Source: Octopus vulgaris (Eukaryota). Taken from it: DNA of 64,000 nt. The translations under genes were made by a program, and so were the position numbers. Below are positions 13,201 to 27,900 of this stretch, in pieces (positions within the stretch are counted from its first letter, which is position 1; each line of letters starts with the position of its first letter). The notes under the pieces were generated by a model that was not told the origin of the DNA, ran no database searches, and saw only the letters and a list, made by a program, of their open reading frames with translations. The stretch lies in NCBI GenBank assembly GCA_951406725.2, contig OX597826.1, forward strand, positions 79,174,001-79,238,000, read 5' to 3'.

Positions 13201-14185
13201 TAACCACTTGGCCACATGCCTTCACAAGTAGGATATATACTGAATATAGAATATATTGTAACACTCAAGTATACAATAAAATGCCTGCACTGGATTTGAA
13301 CTCAAGATCTGTGAGATGGCAGTCTAGACAACTATATTGCTTTTACTTGTTGTGAATTGTAACTAAGGATTTTACAGGTGAGTATATCACCAGGTGTGTC
13401 AAATATTTTATAGGCTTTACTAAAAATTTCAGAGAGATGAAGGTCAGGTGAGTCTAAAATTCTCTCAGGTATGTCAAGGTGCTTTAAGTAATCATAAGTG
13501 TGTGTACGTGCATGCTCACATCAGGTGTGTTTGAAGTAACCATGTCTGTAACATACATTGTGCTTTGCCCGTTCTGTTGGATTGTCACTTGTTTTCTCAT
13601 CATCATCATCATCACCACCACCATCGTCATCATCCTTAGACCATCAACAGTAGCAGCACCAGCATCATCATCATCACTATCACCATTATTTCCATCCTCA
13701 AAACCATAATCACCATAATTATTGCAATCATTAACACCTTCACCATATTGTCACCACCACCACCACCACCACCACCACCACTAAAATAGCAATGGCTAAG
13801 GTAGTAGTAGAGTGTCACACCAAATGATTTTCTGAATTGAAATCCTCCAAGGATCAACTTTGTCTGTCTTCCTTTTAAGGTTGATGAATGAAGCACTCAT
13901 TAATTACTGATGGTGGTGGTGGTGGTGGTGGGGGGTCATTCCACTCTCCTACTCCTCTCCCCCTACACTTTTCTGTTCAAGTGCCTAATGTTAGAAGTTA
14001 TTACACTCACCAGTGTGCTACCATTTATGTCATCATCCTCATCACCACCATCATTATCATCATCGGTATCATCACCATCATCATCATCATCACCACCATC
14101 ATCATCACTATCATCACCACCACCACCACCGCCATCATCACTATCATCATCACCACCATCATCATCACTATCATCATCACCACCG

Positions 14186-14219
<34 letters not shown>

Positions 14220-15938
14220 CTATGTTGATGGTGCTGCTGCCTGTGTCATCCTGAGATTTAAAATATCTGTAATATTTATCATCTGACGTTTCACCTCTTG
14301 TCTGTCTGTCTGTCGCCGTTTCCAAAGACCCCAGTTCATTGTCCCAACGATCAACAATTGAAAGAGAACAAATTGAGGACGACATGCATTTGTTGAACCA
14401 AATCTCAGATATTTCAAGTCGACTGAACTGTTCTAAACAGGTAAGGCTACACCTTTTTTATTCATTTATTTATTTCTTGTACCCCTGCTGTCTCTCCTTG
14501 TTATATTATTTCATAAGGCGGTGAGCTGGCAGAAACGTCAGCATGCCGGGCGAAATGTGTAGCCGTATTTCGTCTGCCGTTATGTTCTGAGTTCAAATTT
14601 CACCGAGGTCGACTTTGCCTTTCATCCTTTCGGGGTCGATTAAATCAAGTACCAGTTACGCACTGGGGTCAATGTAATCGACTTAATCTGTGTGTCTGTC
14701 CTTTGTTTGTCCCCTCTGTGTTTAGCCCCTTGTGGGTAGTAAAGAAATAAGTATTTCGTCTGTCTGTTATGTCATGAGTTCAAATTCCCAGAGGTGGACT
14801 TTGCTTTTCATCCTTTCGGGGTCGATAAATCAAGTACCAGTTACGCACTGGGGTCGATGTAATTGACTTAATCCATGTGCCTGTCCTTGTTTATCCCCTC
14901 TGTGTTTAGCCCCATGTGGGTAGTAAAGAAATATATATTATTTCGTCTACCTGTCTGTAACAGGTGTAATAAGATCTTTCTAGAAAGTAGCACTGATTTC
15001 TGATTGAACCATTTCACTCAATTTGCACCTCAGTTTTTGTTTTGTTTTTTCATCTCTGACTAAAAAGGGTTGATTAACCTCACATGCTCTGTCCTCTCCA
15101 TGTTTTTTGGATGTGGCAAAAGCCATACAAAAGACCCAGTCTTCAACAATAAGGCAATAATCTATTTTGAACGAAAATTCTATTATGACCCATTTTTACA
15201 TCTTTGTTCTTGATCCACTTCTCATAATCTCACACTCTGTGGATCCTTCCAGCCATTGCTTTCGCTGACTCCTGTCATCTTCTCACCACAGAGAGGACAG
15301 CAATTTTTTTGGTTATGTCCAGTTATCAAAATTGGTACTCTTGAGCCAGATTGAATAAAAGCAACACCGTAGTCATAAGCAAGGTTAGAATTTGCAAGCT
15401 TTAAACTCATAAAGTAGCTGACTGACCTCCTTAAGTTCACAGCCCTAACGTTGCTTATGGAAATGCTTATGAAAGTTCAGCTATTTCATCAATGAATGGT
15501 CCATATTATTGGGACAGTAAAAGACCCACAAGGAAACTACAGTTGTCATTCTGGTGAGAAAGTTCCTATGTAAGCGTTTGGTAAAGAGCAAATGCTGCTA
15601 CCTTAAACTTATCAAAGCAAAACACTGGTTCTCAACCCCTTTTTTTCTTTTTACCTGTGGATCCCTTTGGTTCCTGTTCTACTCTGCTGGACCCCTAGAG
15701 TCATTTGATCTTTTAAAAAATTCCATTATATTTTTATTATCAAGTGTTATTGGAAATTGTATAAAAAAATATTTTAAATGCAGGCGTGGCTGTGTGGTAA
15801 GAAGCTTGCTTCCTAACCACATGGTTCTGGGTTCAGTCCCACTGCGTGGCACCTTGGTAAAGTGCCTTCTTCTATAGCCTTATGCTGACCAAAGCCTTGT
15901 GAGTGGATTTGGTAGATGGAAACTGAAAGAAGCCCATC

Positions 15939-15971
<33 letters not shown>

Positions 15972-18900
15972 CATGTGCGTATGTATGTATTTGCGTGTCT
16001 GTGTTTGTCCCCCACCATTGCTTGACAACCAAAGTTGGTGTGTTTATGTCCCTGTAACTTAGCAGTTCAACAAAAGAAACCAATAGAGTAAGTACTAGGC
16101 TTACAAAGAATAAGTCCTGGGGTCGATTTGTTCTACTAAAGGAAGTGCTCCAGCATGGCCACAACCAAATGACTGAGACAAGGAAAAGAGTAAAAGAAAG
16201 AATATTTTGTGTATTGTAGGAATATAACCGATTTATTGCAGGTAAATTTTTGCAATAAAATCGTAAATGATTCTTCAAGAGCCATAGAGGCCCTGGCCGA
16301 GAAGCACAGATGTAAAGTGTTTGAAAGGGATCTGTGGTTTGAGAGTGTTTGAAGGTATTTGAAAGGGATCTGTGGTTTGGGTATTAGGCTGATTAGCTTG
16401 TGAGAGTTGAAGACAGACAAATATGTAGACAGAAAGAAAGAAAGAAAGAAAGATAGGAAGAGATGAATAAACTATTATGTGTAAATATACTTGGTGTTGT
16501 TGTGAAGATTATTTAGGGATAAAACCTTTGTTAATTAAACTGTGGGATCCTTTGATTTTCTTCAGGTTTGGTAGGTGTATGTCACGTACTCTCTACTTCA
16601 AATCCCAAAGAATCCACACAGTGAGGTCACGTGTTTACATAGACTTAACAAATTACACTCCAAATATTTTTGTGGTGAAAATTTATGATTGGTCCAGGTC
16701 AGTTGTAGCAGAGGAGGAAGGAGAGACGGAAAGAGGAGGAAGGAGAGACAGAAAGAGGAGGAAGATGGGAGAGAGAGGGAGCATGGTTTCACTTAGAAGG
16801 AATAAAAAATAGCTGAGTGCAAATATGTTCAGTATCTGACTCTTTTAGGTTCAAATCCAGCATGGAACGTTCTCTGTATTTCATTGTTTTGGAATAAATG
16901 AAGTAATTATTAGTATAATTAAGAGAAATGTCTAATTGATTTATCTCTCTTCAAAAATGCAGTCTTTTAGCCTATTACCACAATAAGGATAGTAATAGAA
17001 TAAAAAGTAGCAAGCTGGCAGAGACGTTAGCATGCAGGACGAAATGCTTAGTGGTATTTCGTCTGCAGTTACATTGTAAGTTCAAATTCTACCGAGGTCA
17101 ACTTTCATCCTTTCGAGGTCGATAAATTAAGTACCAGTTACACACTGGGGTCGATGTAATCGACTTAATCTCTTTGTCTGTCCACTCTATGTTTAGCCCC
17201 TTGTGGGTAGTAAAGAAATAGGTATTTCGCCTGTCTTTACATTCTGGGTTCAAACTCCACCAGGGTTGACTTTGCCTTTCATCCTTTCGGAGTCGATAAA
17301 TTAAGTACCAGTTGTGTACTGGGGTCGATCTTATTGACTGGCCTCCTCCCCTAGAAAAGAATATTTCATCTTTCAAAGGCAAGAGCTGGCAGAAACGTTA
17401 GCATGCCGGGTGAAATGCTTGGCGGTATTTCGCCTGTCTTTACATTCTGGATTCAAATTCCCCTGAGGTTGATTTTGCCTTTCATCCTAAAATTAATACA
17501 AATAATATAAAGTGAAACAGTCCAGTGGATTATTTCTTTTTCTCCCTAAAACATTGACTCTTTTTTTATACCTGTTTGCTCTAAAGAAATCACCACTGCC
17601 AAATTGAAAATCATTTTGATAAACTTGACTGCGGCAAGTAAAATATGGATCACAAGTTGAACTCCTGATTCTAGCATCTTCCAGAAGAGAGAAAAATTTA
17701 TGTTTGTCTAAAACTTAACTTCTAATTAAGCCTCTCAATGCTAGTTTGTCTCTAACTACTGCCGGTTCTTTACACATATTTTGAAACTAGAAACCTCCTG
17801 TTCTAATTCTACGCAAACACCTTTCTGTTAAGTTGCGTTGTTCCAAATTAACTTCTATCATCATCATCCTCATCACCACCACCATTGCCATCTTCCTGGT
17901 TTCGTCTGTCATGGTTGAAACTTGATATTTTTCTGTGTCTTTCAGAATCTAGATGAAACCATCAAAGAGATTGCCTCCAATTTAACCAAACAGCTCAGCG
18001 ACTACCAGAACCGAATCCATTCGGCTGATGCCAATAAGTTAGAACTTCAGATCACTACACAGTAAGTATGCACTTGCCCTTCAGTTAAACACTTGAGATC
18101 CACATCAAAGACATTCCAACCATGAACATCCTGCCTTTTATTCAGACATAGTGTATCTAGGATACTATTATCCAGAGTGTCTTTTTCAAGGCTGTAGGGT
18201 GTGGTTTGAGGGAAATTTATTTATAATGATGACATCAACAGCCATTTTGCACAAGAAAAAATAATGGCACATCCACACCTGTAAATGATGGGAATATCTG
18301 GAAGCCTAACATTTCTTTGGTGGAAGTCATCTCTGGACTCTTCCTCTCACTGTTGTGTTTTTAGTTGTACTCTTTCTCTGTACTCTTTATTCTTGGTTTC
18401 TCATTGTTTTTATGTTATTCTTTATCCACAGAGAAAAGGTTTTCAATTTGATTGTGGTTTTCTTGACGCCAGAAAAACGACTGTCTTGGGAAACGGTGTT
18501 TTTGGATGCCAAACACAAACTATGTAAGTCTGCTGACAAAATTTCTCTCTTACACACACACACAAATGGACATACAAGCAACGTATATACAATTACACTT
18601 TTGCACCTATTCACACATGCATTTCATTAATCTTCAAGATTCTAGTTCCTTCTCCTTAGTCAAAAACCTACTCTTTTCCAATTTTATCAAATTCTTACTA
18701 ATATTTTAGTGCAAAAGCAAATGAGATGCTGTGATACTCATGCTTTTCTCGTGGGTATCAGTTGGTATTTGTAGCAGCAGATGAGGTGAGCTGGCTTCAA
18801 ATCTTAGACTTGGAAGCGCCATGTTGTCTTGGATTATTTGTTGCTCACCTTCAGTTTCTTTTACTGAAAATTATAACGGCAGTGCATCAGCATGGCCACA

Positions 18901-21900
18901 GCTCTGAGCTGAAACTAGAGAGAAAAAAAAAATAAAGGAACATGAAAATGGGAGTCTGAAGAGTAGGAAAATATCAACCGTGTAAAATTAATTTTATTCT
19001 ACAATAAAAGGCATTTGGCTGTTATTTCTAGTAAGGTTAATCAACTCTGATTGTGCAGTCTTGGGATTAGGAGTGTTCCAGCCATGACCATCACATCATA
19101 TACTGTCCACCATATCTTTTCTTTTATAAGAGAGTAGGGTGTAATTCAAGGGAATTTGGCCTGATGGACATCTGCATTAAGATTCCCTGATGCTGTCAGT
19201 GATGATGGTGATGATGATGATGCTAATGTAGGGTGGTGGTGGTAATGTATGATGGTACTTGTGATGATGTTGATGATTGATGAGGATGTTGACAATGGTA
19301 AATAATGACAATGATGATGATGATGTGGATGGTAACGCCAACGATAACTTAGGATGGTGATGACAATGCGATTGAACAATCATAGTAATTATTGGTAATA
19401 GCGTTGATGATGAAGACAAGGACAATAGAGATGGTAACTCTTCATGAAGAATCATATAAAAAAATTCCTTTTTATATTTCACACACACACACACACACAC
19501 ACATTTTGTTAAATATTAATAAAAATACACATAGACTCATATATTGAGTTCTATTTTTCCTCTTTGCATCACCATACCTGCATATATATATATATATAAT
19601 ATATATATATATATATACAAAATAAGCAACAAGGATATCCAAGGTAGAGTAGTACAATTGTTTCATGCTACTTCATTTTATTAAACAGTTTTAATTTTAT
19701 TACATCAGTTTTAAAATGTCGAGCAATCTTCAGCCACATATAGAATTTTCCAATTAAATGGACAATGCTCATTCTTATACTTATTTCATTTGCCAACATT
19801 TCAAAGAGGGTAGATATATAGACAGTGAGGTTAATTTCATCATTAAGAACATGGTGGTAGTATGTACTCCTCTGTAGATTTTTTATCACTGAGTTCACTT
19901 TGTTATTTAGATCTATCAGTGGACCATACAAAATTCTGGTGCCTTTAACTTAAGTACCATATTCATCTGAATCTAAATTTTGCTGAACTTATATATAAAT
20001 TTACCTATATTTGTGGCAGTTCTTTATTTTTGTTTGTTGTTGATTCTTTTTTTATTTCTTTTTAATGTTTTATATTAATTTTGTAATTGTATTATTTTTG
20101 TATATTTCTTTCCTCTGCAGCTTTGCTATCAGATAAGCGAGCACCAGAGTTCTTGCTTCCGTTACAAATCACCAAAACTAGGGCTGGAATGCAGGTGAGT
20201 TCCTTAAACTCTAATAATCTCTTTCTGCTCTTGATCTCTTCTTCTTTGCTCAGAACAGTTGACGCCTCTCATTTGCAGTGCTTTTTCTTCTCAATAAAGT
20301 CTTAAAGAGAAGATTAACGTATAAAACAAATAATTTTTACTTTTTCAATCTCTAATTCCTAATTTTATCTTGGAGGGAAGGGTACAAGGAGTGAAAGTGT
20401 AACCAACCAAGAGAAGGGTCTAGTCTAGTTGTTTTCTATTAAGGTCCAGTCCATATGATCCTTGTGGGGTCCACATAAGATTCTGTTGTTAAATTTTATG
20501 TACAATAATATATTGGACATATTTTTATAATTTATAAAATATTATTTTAGCAAATTTTTTAATACACTTCCTAATAATATCTAATCAGAAAAATATAATG
20601 GTATTTCTTAAAACATCAAATGGTTATAAGGGTCCACCTGAGTAAAATAGGGATCAGAAGGGTTCTGTAGGTAAAAAAATAAATGGTTGAGAACCTCTGG
20701 TCTAGTCAATAGGGAAATGAAAAACATTGACAAGATTGTGGTGCAAGCAAATCCAAAGGGCCAGTCTTCAGTGAGGTGATGATGTGATGCTAGGAATGAT
20801 GACCATGAAGATAGTGATAATGATGATAATGATGATAAAACAGAATGGTAATGGTTAATAATAGAAATAATTATAGGTGCGATGGTTCTGATGGTGATGA
20901 CAGTTGCTGTGATGGTAATGATGATGGTATTAGGTGATGATTGTAATGATGATGATGCTGGTGAATACAATCATAGTGATGGTGATGATTGTGGAGACGA
21001 TGGTAAAGAGGATACCCTCAGTGATAACGGTAGTGAGGACAATCATGGTTGAAGATGAGGATGATAATGATGATAGTGATATTGATGGTTGTCATGGTGA
21101 TGATGATGATGATAATCTTAGTAATTTGGAAAAAGGACAATCATCATAGTGATGATTGTTCCTATGACAATCATAGTGATGATGGTAGTGATTTATGATG
21201 GTTATGATGATGACTACAAGAGTAATAAACTGCTATCCCACATGTGATAGGTTTCTTTGATGGTAGTACAGTCGATTCTCTCGGAGCCAAAATAAAGCTG
21301 GTGCTTATTTGTCTTCTTTGAGAGCAGAAGGAAGAATCATAAAGCACTACTAGACGAGTCATAGTATAGAGAGCTGGTCATCTAGTGATGAGGAGTCATA
21401 GAGAGTCACCAGGGGAGTCATAGGGAACTTTTAAATTTGTTGTAGCTACTAAAAGAATCAGAGCAGGCTAAGAGAGTTGTCACTAGTGAGAGTCACTAGA
21501 GAAGTCATTAAAAGAGTCTTAGCTGTTAGAAGAGTCATTTACTTTCAGAGGAGTATTTTATTAGATCCCATCATTTGTTGCCAACTGAATTTACCAGCTC
21601 ACGGCCTTTTTTAATATTCCAATCCAAGCCATGGTAAAATGTTGTTTTATTTCTCGTTTGACTTCCTTTATTAATTCTAAGCATTCTTCTTTCTTGCTTC
21701 CTTTGATAAACTGAATCTTCCTTTCTTTTCCTCCCCTTCTTCACCCCCGCCACCCAACTTGCAGTTTTCCTGCGCAGCCTCTATCGATGGAGTCAATGCT
21801 AATGGTTATCGTGAAGTTTGGGTTTGCAACAGTGACGGCTACGTGGGTCACATGTGCCTCCTGAGCCTCCAACCAGAGCCGATCGTAACACTGAACACAC

Positions 21901-24900
21901 CTGTACCTGGGTGTAATGCCAGAATCCTTTGTATATGTGCTGTACCTGCCTACTCAGGTGGCCGACGGTAAGTTTCTTTTATGTTTATGCATTTGGCCTT
22001 TTTTGTGTTTTTTTGGCTTCTCGGTGTTGTTGCAACGCCCCTGCCTCTCCCCTAGGACACCGTTCTTCTGGAAGTCCCTTTTCAACCATTCCTGTGTTTT
22101 GCCTTTTTCTGTCATTGGTCATCATCATTTACTGTCCATTTTCCATCTGGCTTGAGTTGGATGCTTTGACAGGATCCAGCAGGTCACAATGTCTGTTTTA
22201 GCATGGTTTCTATAACTTGGAGAGCCCTTCCTAACATGACCCACTTTACAGAGTGTACTGTCTGCTTTTATGTATGACCAGCATTAGTGAGGTTGCCAAG
22301 AGCCCCTTGATTAAGGGGGATGAGTATTTAGGGAGAAGGCCTGTTGCAGATGTTGAAAGGGAAGAGTATGATAGAGGGGAAGGATCAAAGGTGTTGCTGA
22401 AGGGGAGACACATGGCTACCTCAGCTGGAAAAGAAAAGACAATGATGATGGGGATGAGGTGTTAGGACATACCCACCAAGATACAAGAGGTGTGACTGTA
22501 TGGATGTATAATGGTGAATGGATAAGGAACGCTGAAAAAATGCTAAAGGTTAAATTTAATTGTAATTTAATTTCACTGATGTCTGAGGTCACTGACCCCC
22601 CTCCCCCCAACATATTTCAAAGATTCTCTGAATGGCATGAGTACTGCCCCTTGCACCTCCTTTGACCTCAGAGGTCATTTGAAGGTCAAGGGCACTGCCT
22701 CATCCACCTCCTCTGTCCCTATAACATGTGATGGTCATAGTCACTGCCCATCCACCTTTGACCTCAGAGGTCATCTGAAGGTCATGAGTACTTAAGCTTG
22801 CAATTCCTCTGACCCTTTAAATACCCATAAGGCTCCCTGTAAGTAGTGGAGAGTGTGCTGAAAGCATAGTAGCCAGATTAAAAACTGGGTGGAAAATTTC
22901 AGGGAGTTTTTTACTTCAACTGGTAAAAAAGAGATTCTCTTTTCAGGTGAAGGGCAGATTGTATGATGTTTGTGTATGAAGTGTGATTCTGCATGGGATC
23001 AAGATAATGGCCTTGAATGCTGAAGATTTGTGAAAACTAGGACATAATGAGAGGAACATGCTCTGCTAGATGTATAATGTTATTGTGCATGAAGAACGAA
23101 ACAGAAATGAACTGAGAGAGAAATTGAGTCTAAGAGGAATCTGATGGAATGTTCCAGAAAGAAGATTGGTATAGGTATGGGCAGAGGATTCATATGGGAG
23201 ATGAGAGTTTGGTAAGGGAAGTGCCAAGTGATCCAAATGAAAGGAACCTGCAAAAGTGTAAGACTTGGGAAGAATTGGTGAAGGTTAATTTCAAGGGGCT
23301 GAACTTCACAAAAGAAATGACAAAGGACCGGGACAAGTGATTGGACATCGGATTGGAGAAGATATGTCCAAGTCATGCATTGGACGGGCAGAAATAGATG
23401 TAAAAATTATAATCATGACGAATGTGGGTCTGTGTGGGTTTTTACTCTTAAGAGTTCCATCCATTTTGCTGTGGCCATGCATCAGTGTCTATTAATCTTG
23501 TCTGTGATGATTTCTTTGTTCTTCATACTTCTCTTCCTCCTCCAAATTATTTTCTGAATTATGTTAATTGTATTGTTCTTTTTGGAATAGTGGATCTTGA
23601 AGCACACATATTTACAGTTCTATATCAACACTCCTTGCATTAAATGTGTAAACACTATCTAAACTATAGCATTTTCATGCAAGGACTTATAAAATTCTTG
23701 AAAATTTCAGTTTTCTGTTTATATTCTGCCATGAAAAAGAATTTTGAGTTGTAAAAAAGAAAATATTTGAATATCCAATTGAAATGTTTCAAAATCTGTT
23801 ACCAGAAGCAGTATGAAGAACCGACGGAATCGTAACGCAGACAGTTCCAGTAACAACATGACCAGCATTGACAGGCCTCGGATTAACATCGAATCAGTGG
23901 ACACTTGCATGGAGAGCATCGGTGAAGATGCTGGGTCACCCAGTGAGTCAGAGTCGAGTGATGACGATGTTTATTCAATTCCACACCACATGGAGACAAC
24001 TGAGAAACTGTGTGTTGAAGGTAAGTTCTTTGATTGAAACCATCGGGATAAATTGTTGTTGCTTAAGCCCGGGCCAACCTTGGTTCAACAAGTCCAAGCT
24101 CAGAATCCATGGCTTCAATTCATTTGTTTGTGGGTCATATAAATAAATGGGTTTTGCTTGTTGATTAGAAATAAATATGCAATTAGGAACACAAACCCAA
24201 GTCGATGGCTGATGTTATTTTCGTTTATTGGTTAGCTGGAGTAACACCTTCACCCATCACATTTATTTCTTATTTCTTTATTGCCCACAAGGGGCTAAAC
24301 ACAGAGAGGACAAACAAGGACAGACAAAGGTATTAAGTCGATTACATTGACCCCAGTGTGTAACTGGTACTTAATTTATCGACCTTGAAAGGATGAAAGG
24401 CAAAGTCGACCTCAGCGGAATTTGAACTCAGAACGTAACGGCAGATTTAATACCGCTAAGCATTTCACCTGGCGTGCTAACAACTCTGCCAGCTCGCTGC
24501 CTTTTATTCACATTTATTTCTAGTTAGCTTATTAACATTGTATATTATTAATATTACATATTGATAGTTAGTTTATCAATACATAATCTAAACTATAGCA
24601 TTTTCATGCAAGGACTATGTTATACCATGTGCCATTCCTTTTGTGATTTGAAGTAGTGTTGACTGCTATTTCTTGCCAGCTGAGCAGCCATGTAAATGCT
24701 CCTTCATTCGTCTACTTTTAACTATTAATCTTGTCTGTGATGATTTCTTTGTTCTTCATACTCCTCCTCCCGCTCCAAATTATTTTCTGAATTATGTTAA
24801 TTGTATTGTTCTTTTTGGAATAGTGGATCTTGAAGCGCACATGTTTACAGTTATATATCAACACTCCTTGCATTAAATGTGTAATACTGCAAATACTTTG

Positions 24901-27900
24901 AGATCCATTGTTCCAAAAAAGAATTATTTCATGTTTTCTCAAAGGTTTATAAATTCTTATGGTGTTGACAACATGTTAATTATATATTTTTGTTCTCAAT
25001 GAAGATGTTTAGTTTGTGTGACCACCCACTCCTTGTTATTTACTTTAATCCTAATCCTAACAGATTATAAGGAATTATTTGTATTTATTTGTTTATTTCC
25101 AAAGATGTTGAAAGCTTGAGTATTTCCACAACATCATCATCAACAAGCAATATCCAAGAACAGAATATCTCCGGGCGATGGATGCACGATGCATTAAAAA
25201 GTACTATGTGGTTGGGCACAGAAGACGGATGGTAAAGATTTCATTCCTTAAACCTAAGTTTTTATGGTATATTTTATATTTTGCATGTCAGATTGAATGT
25301 TAGTACACAGTCCTTTCTATATCATGATATCAAAATATCAGCCAGACTATCAGATGTTGTTAAACACCCCTAGTCACAATCTGCTTTGCATTGTTTTAGC
25401 TTTCGAATGATGCCACCCCACTGACTGGTGAGCAGGCCAACATTCCCACCGATTGGAAAGCTATTCCATCACAGGGTTACCTTTTACAGCTTTGTGGAAT
25501 GGAACTATGTGAAATGAAGTGTTCTACTCAAGAAGACAATGCACTGCCCAGTCCAGGAATTGAACCCTTAATCTAGCAATCATAAGTGTAATACCCTAAC
25601 CACTTGGCCTCATGCCTTCACCCCTTCTATATACAGTGTTTGATAATAACATTTGAGTTTGTTATTTATTCTGTTAAGATCAATAAAACAAGAAATAGTT
25701 AGTGGGACTCTTGACTGGGGCAATTCCTATCAAAAGCAGGCCCCTTTATGATGAGTGTTGGATGGGGAGCAGCCTCTAGATATAGGGGTCAGGAGTGAAT
25801 TTGTCCTGGACCAGACATGGGCTGCCCTTTGGCAAGTCATAGCACTTGACAGTCGTCCATATTTGGGTTACAAGTGAAACTGTGGGAATCGTTATGGTTG
25901 ATATGCAGTCTCAGGAATAGAACCATCCAATGATCAATGCTAATGTCCACATGAAGTTGGACAGAGGAACATCTGTGAGGCCTCTGACCAATTCCACTGT
26001 GTTCCTGAAGTCTATTACATCTAAAGTTCAGACACTCAGTGACTGCGGAGGTTACCAGCCAATGCAGGATTGACATCTAAACAAACTCGATCAGGTGATG
26101 ATTGTTTTTAAAGATGACTTAGTATATCAAGGACTACATTGTGCAATGTACCATTCCTTTCTTTTCTTTCTTTTTCTTTTTTTTTTTTTAAGATAGTAGG
26201 ATGTGATTAGAAGAAAAGTTGACTGCTATTTCTTGCCATTTGAGCAACCATGTAAATGCATCTTCATTCTTCTTCCACTTTTAATCTTGTCTGTGATGAT
26301 TCCTTCACTGCCCATTCTCTTCCTCCTCAAAATTCTTTTACTTCACTGGCTGTTGGTGCTGCGTTGGTTTTGATTTGATCTTTACCATCTTCATCATCAT
26401 CATCATCATCACTTAAAACCATTGTGTACATGAACCCTTTTATTACCATATTTCTGTTGGAAAGCATTGAGTTTGTTTCAATGAAATTTGAAAAAAAAAA
26501 AAAAAAAAAAATTTAGTAAAATAAAATGGTCATTAATTAATCTGGTATTTGGGACATAAATGAACATGGAATTTCAAACGAAGATTTTGATTGAGACCAC
26601 CTTACAACAGGAATTTTGTGTCATAGGACCCCAGGGGTGATCTCAGGGGGTGAGTTTGCATGAAACCTTAAGTAATGTTGTGATGATTTCTGTTAAATTA
26701 TTCGTTAATATAAACCATCAACCGTTTCTTTCTCTCCTCTTCTACAGCATTCACATCTTTCTGTGCACTGATAACATCAAAACAACCAAAAACAAGTTGA
26801 AGATCCAACATGTAGCGCCTGTGTATTGTATAATGTAAGTATGGCTCAACTAATTCATAAAAGCTGCTTAATTTGTTATAAACTATGTAGTTTGTAGGGG
26901 GGAGGGGTGCAGTGGAATAATTTCCTAGGTGACATCCTCAGTATTAATTCTGTGATGCTACTAATGTGGACTCTGCAAGCTACAGCAGGAATATAAAGAA
27001 TGGAATGAGAAGAGGAAAGATTAAGAAAATAGATAAACTGCAATCAAAGCGGGAAATGACCACACAAGGCTTTCTCTTTGGTGGCTTTTCACTCTGTCCC
27101 TCTCTTTCCCTGTCTACCTGTCTTTCTCTCTGTTTCCTCTCTCTCTCTCAGTTGTAATTATAAATAAAAACTGATCATCATCATCGTTTAACATCTGCTT
27201 TCCATGCTGGCATGGGTTGGACAATTTGACTGAGGTCTGACGAACCAGATGGCTGCACCAGACTCCAATCTTGATCTGGCAGAGTTTCTACAGCTGGATG
27301 CCCTTCCTAACGCCAACCACTCCAAGAGTGTAGTGGGTGCTTTTACATGCCACCAGCTCGAGGGCCAGTCAGGCTGTACTGGCAACGGCCACGCTCAAAT
27401 GGTACTTTTTATGTGCCACCTGCACAGGAGCCAGTCTAGTGGCACTGGCAACGACCTCGCTCGAATGTTTTTTCACGTGCCACCAACACAAGTGCCAGTA
27501 AAGCGACACGGGTAACAATCACTCTCGAATGATACTTTTTACATGTCACTGGCACAGAGGCTAGTTTGTTGCTCTGGCAACGATCACGCTCGTATGGTAC
27601 TCTTAGTGCTCCACTAGCACAGATGCCAGTCATACACGGATGCAGGGTAGAAAGGCCGTTCTTGTCCTGGCACACAACTCTCTTTGGTGATAATAGGACA
27701 AGGTATAATGCAGGCCAGTTGATGTTGCAGAGTGACTGAGAGACAGGAAGGGCATCCAGCTGTACATAATGACAAAGCATCGTAGTTTCTTCTTCATTAG
27801 GTGTATCATGTGATGAAGGTCTGTGGTAGACATGTCCAATACCATGCAGGCACGAGGAAAATGTATGCTAACAATGATGACAGTAATAATAATTAATATA

